Below are positions 60,836 through 64,000 of a stretch of DNA of 64,000 nucleotides, piece by piece (within the stretch, counting starts at the first letter, position 1; each line of letters starts with the position of its first letter). Under the pieces are notes generated by a model that was not told the DNA's origin, searched no databases, and worked only from the letters and a program-made list of their open reading frames with translations. A program made the translations under genes and the position numbers. This stretch comes from Pristiophorus japonicus (Eukaryota), in NCBI RefSeq assembly GCF_044704955.1, contig NW_027252669.1, positions 620,001 to 684,000 on the forward strand, read 5' to 3'.

Positions 60836-63800
60836 CCATTTATCCATTGCGCTTCACAAGACAATGTCTGTTGTGTCAACCGTGGCTTATTGTGTCTCAC
60901 CTTCGCCTCGGTCTCAGGTAGTTTTGGGAGAAATTCCCACTCCAGAGAATATATCTCCATTTATTTTACAACATACCCTGTCTCAGTGATTCCTGCACTT
61001 GACCATGCATCTGTTCAATAGACAGAAGATAAAAAGACGGATCGATATATATTAGTATAAATAAAGTATATACATTTGTGGGTGGGAGGCTGCAATACAT
61101 TTTTGGTTGGAACATGTTTAGTTTCGTTAATCGCCATCAAGAGTTGTGTCCAATATATCATTGATCTGGTGCTGTGTGGGCAATAGCTGTGTTGAGAGCA
61201 TGGGGTGAATCTTGTAACAATCTCTCAGAGATGGACTGGGATTGAGGGACAGGACTGAAGGGGAGCAATTAATTGCACTTTGCACAACTTCGTGGGACTC
61301 TGTGTGTTAAAGTTTACTCATTCACACTTGTGTTGTCCTGAGCCAACTTCTCCGAGTTCTTTAATGTTGACGATTGTTTTCCCTGCTGTATTTTTTATTC
61401 AGCTTTCACATGACCCACTGATTGTGTCAGACAGAGCCTCACAGCACCGCCAGATGGCCAGCTGCAGGGTCCTAATGTCCACCGGCAAAAATGTATCCCA
61501 TCTTATTAACACGAACTGAAAGGAGCAAACACAAAGTGTTTGCAATATTTGTGTGTGTGTGTGTTTGTGTGTATGTGTGCGTATATGTGTGTGTGTACGT
61601 GTGTATGTGAATGTGTGTCGTTGTGTGTGCATGTGTGTGTGTTGAGTGAGTGTGTGTGTGTGTGAGTGTGTGTGTGTGTACAAAACACATCATTAATTGT
61701 GTGTGCAAGTGCATTCCACAAAGATAAATGATTTGCTTCAACCATTATTCTTCAGCATTTTATTTTATTCAACAGCTAATTGCAGATCGATTAATACCTT
61801 TAACAGTTATTGATAACACATTGTCTTGTGTGATCTTGTTTAGAACGTGATGTCACACGGAAAATTCCGTTACAAAGGAGACAATGTCTGTCCGCAGTAT
61901 TCAGTGGGAAAGGGGATTAAATCAAACCGAGGATAATGAGCAGCCCCCCACCAGTCTCTGGGCTTTATTGTCCAGTGATCACGTCACCATCAAGCAGAAT
62001 CCCCTAATATACACCTGGAGTGCGTAATTTTTGGTGCAATGAAGGTAACAATAAAACTGCACCTGTCCCTGGCATGAGGTTAATAAATCTGTAATTATCT
62101 GACATTGTTTTTCACATTACACCAGACCCCGTCGCAGTTTTTTCTGCACTAGACCCAGTCTCAGTTTATATGGTTGATGTGGTGGACTTCCAAAATGCAT
62201 TTTTGAAGTGACATGACAATATTCTAACCAGCAAAGTTGAAGCACATAGAATACAAGGGGTAGTGGCAGCATGGATATGAAATTGACTGAGTGACAGTAA
62301 ACAGAGAGTCGTGGTGAACGATTGTTTTTTTGGACTGGAGGAAGGTATACAGTCGTGTTCTGTAGCGTTGGTACGAGGAACACTGCTTTTCTTGATTTAT
62401 ACTCATGACTTAGATGCACAGGGCATATTTTCATAATTTTCAGAAGACACAGAGCTTGGCAGTATAGTGAAAAGTGAGGACGAAAGTAATGCCTTCAAGA
62501 GGATACAGACCTGCTGGTGGAATGGGAGGACACGTGGTAAATGAAACGGAGAAAGGTGTGACGTGATACATTTTGGTAGGAAGAACGAGGAGAGGTAATA
62601 TTAACTAAAGGGTACAATTCTAAAGGAGTTGCATGAACACAGTGACCTGGGAATATATGCGCACAAATCATTGAAGGTGGCAGGGCCGGCCGAGAAAATG
62701 GGTTTAAAAGCATATAGGATACTGGGCTTCATAAATAGAGCCATAGAGTATAGTAGAATGGAAATTATGATGAATGTATATAAAACATTTGTTCAGCGTC
62801 AACTGGAGTATTGTGTCCAATTCTGGGCACCGCACTTTAGGAAGGATGTGAAGGTCTCAGAGGATGTTCAGAGCAGATTTAGAAGTGTGGTTCCAGGGAT
62901 AAGGTTATTCAGTTGCGTGGATAGTCTGGAGAAGCTGGGAGTGTTCTGCTTAGAGCAGAGAAAGTTGAAATGAGATTTGATAGAGGTGTTCAGAAGCATG
63001 AGGGGTCCCGACAGAGTAGCTGGAGAGAAACTGTAGAAGGATCGAGAACAGAGGACACAGCTTTAAGGAGCTTGGCAGAAATACCAAAGGCGACATGAGG
63101 AAAACGTTTTTACGCAGCGAGTGGTTAGGATCTGGAATGCACGGCCTGAAAGGTTGTGGGGATCAGATTCAATCATGGCATTCCAAAGGCAAATGGATAA
63201 GTATCTGAAGGAAAAAGATTCACAGGGTTACGGGAAAGGGCGGAGGAGTGGACTAGCTGAAATACTCTTGCAGAGAGAGGCAAAGGCTATATGGGGCAAA
63301 TGGCTTCCTTCTGTGCTGTAACCATTCAATGATTCTATAATACACTAGCGCCTGTCTCAGTTATTACTACATTAGACACTGCTGAAGTTTATATTACCCC
63401 ATCCACCAGGTTAAGTATTCACTCCATCCACCACCAGCGCACCATGTCTGGAGTGATTACTATCCACAAGATGCATTGCAGCAACTCGCCAAGAAATCAT
63501 CGGCAGCACTTTCCAAACCTACGACCTCTTTCCACCTAGAAATACAAGGGCAGCATGCTCATGGGAACACCATCACCTCCAGGGACCCCTCTAAGTCACA
63601 CACCATCCTGTCTTGGAAATGTATTACCGTTCCTTCATAGTCGCTGGGTCAAATTCATGGAACCCCCTCCCGAACACTGTGGCAGTCCAGGGACCACACG
63701 TTATGCAGCGGTTCAAGGCGGCAGCTCACCACCTGCTTCGCAAGGCAAATTAGGGATAGACATTGAATGTTGGCCGAGTAAGTAACAGCAACACTCACAT

Positions 63801-64000
63801 GCCAGGAACAAATAAAACAATGTGACTGTATCAGTAATTACTGCACTGGGCCCCACCTCAGTTATTACTGCACTAGAACTGCTAATGTTGTTCTAGCCCT
63901 TGTCTCAGATATTACTGCAATATGCCATGCCTTTGTTCCGATTATACAAGGCCCTGTCTCTGTTTCTATTTAACTGGACAAGGACACGGTTTATATTACA

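Larger units (their letters stand above)
24600..64000 (+). repeat. Nested multi-kb tandem segmental duplication, ~5 partial copies (approx. 24.6-36.8, 36.8-47.8, 47.8-52.6, 52.6-60.9, 60.9->64.0 kb)
   Basis: Collinear non-TE markers: cttgacc..gcat..ggatcga at ~25085/47980/61000; tcatattttgga..ccaatcaa..catatcatt at ~27310/37120/51340/54380; acactgtgtgagctgcaccatcaga at ~29770/41890/55910; CT tracts at 29900/42020/56040. Confidence 0.92.

Noticed and set aside
61399-61745. His/Thr-rich ORFs (also 8213-8608, 48358-48689) and Pro/Ser-rich ORFs at the CT tracts
   Set aside because: Translations of (CA)n and (CCCT)n simple repeats
8600-64000. Additional V, D or J segments or a second Ig cluster
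   Set aside because: No further YYC-RSS or WGxG segments seen; tattactg matches belong to the minisatellite

Overview
Vertebrate genomic DNA, almost certainly a cartilaginous fish (shark/ray), judging by the repeat landscape and Ig cluster organisation. The only intact host gene material is a germline, unrearranged immunoglobulin heavy-chain mini-cluster on the minus strand. Its order is leader (8333-8288), VH (8165-7863, 23-RSS), D1 (12/22-RSS), D2 (12/12-RSS), JH (23-RSS; 6742-6695), and it is most similar to IgW. No constant exon is visible, so positions 1-6694 are presumably J-C intron. That intron carries two octamers, a palindromic promoter-like element and a ~1.4 kb 65/67-bp tandem array rich in AID hotspot motifs. 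The ~55 kb upstream of VH has no recognisable host gene. It holds a strong candidate CTCF site, a Penelope-like GIY-YIG remnant beside degenerate TTAGGG repeats, 27-bp minisatellite arrays, RTE, CR1 and Deu-SINE fragments, a TIR-bounded PIF/Harbinger transposon and a decayed Gypsy LTR element. From ~24.6 kb to the end it is a nested multi-kilobase tandem segmental duplication (5 partial copies). Its non-TE blocks include a repeated NF-kB/CRE/octamer/E-box module. TE boundaries were set by eye and are approximate.
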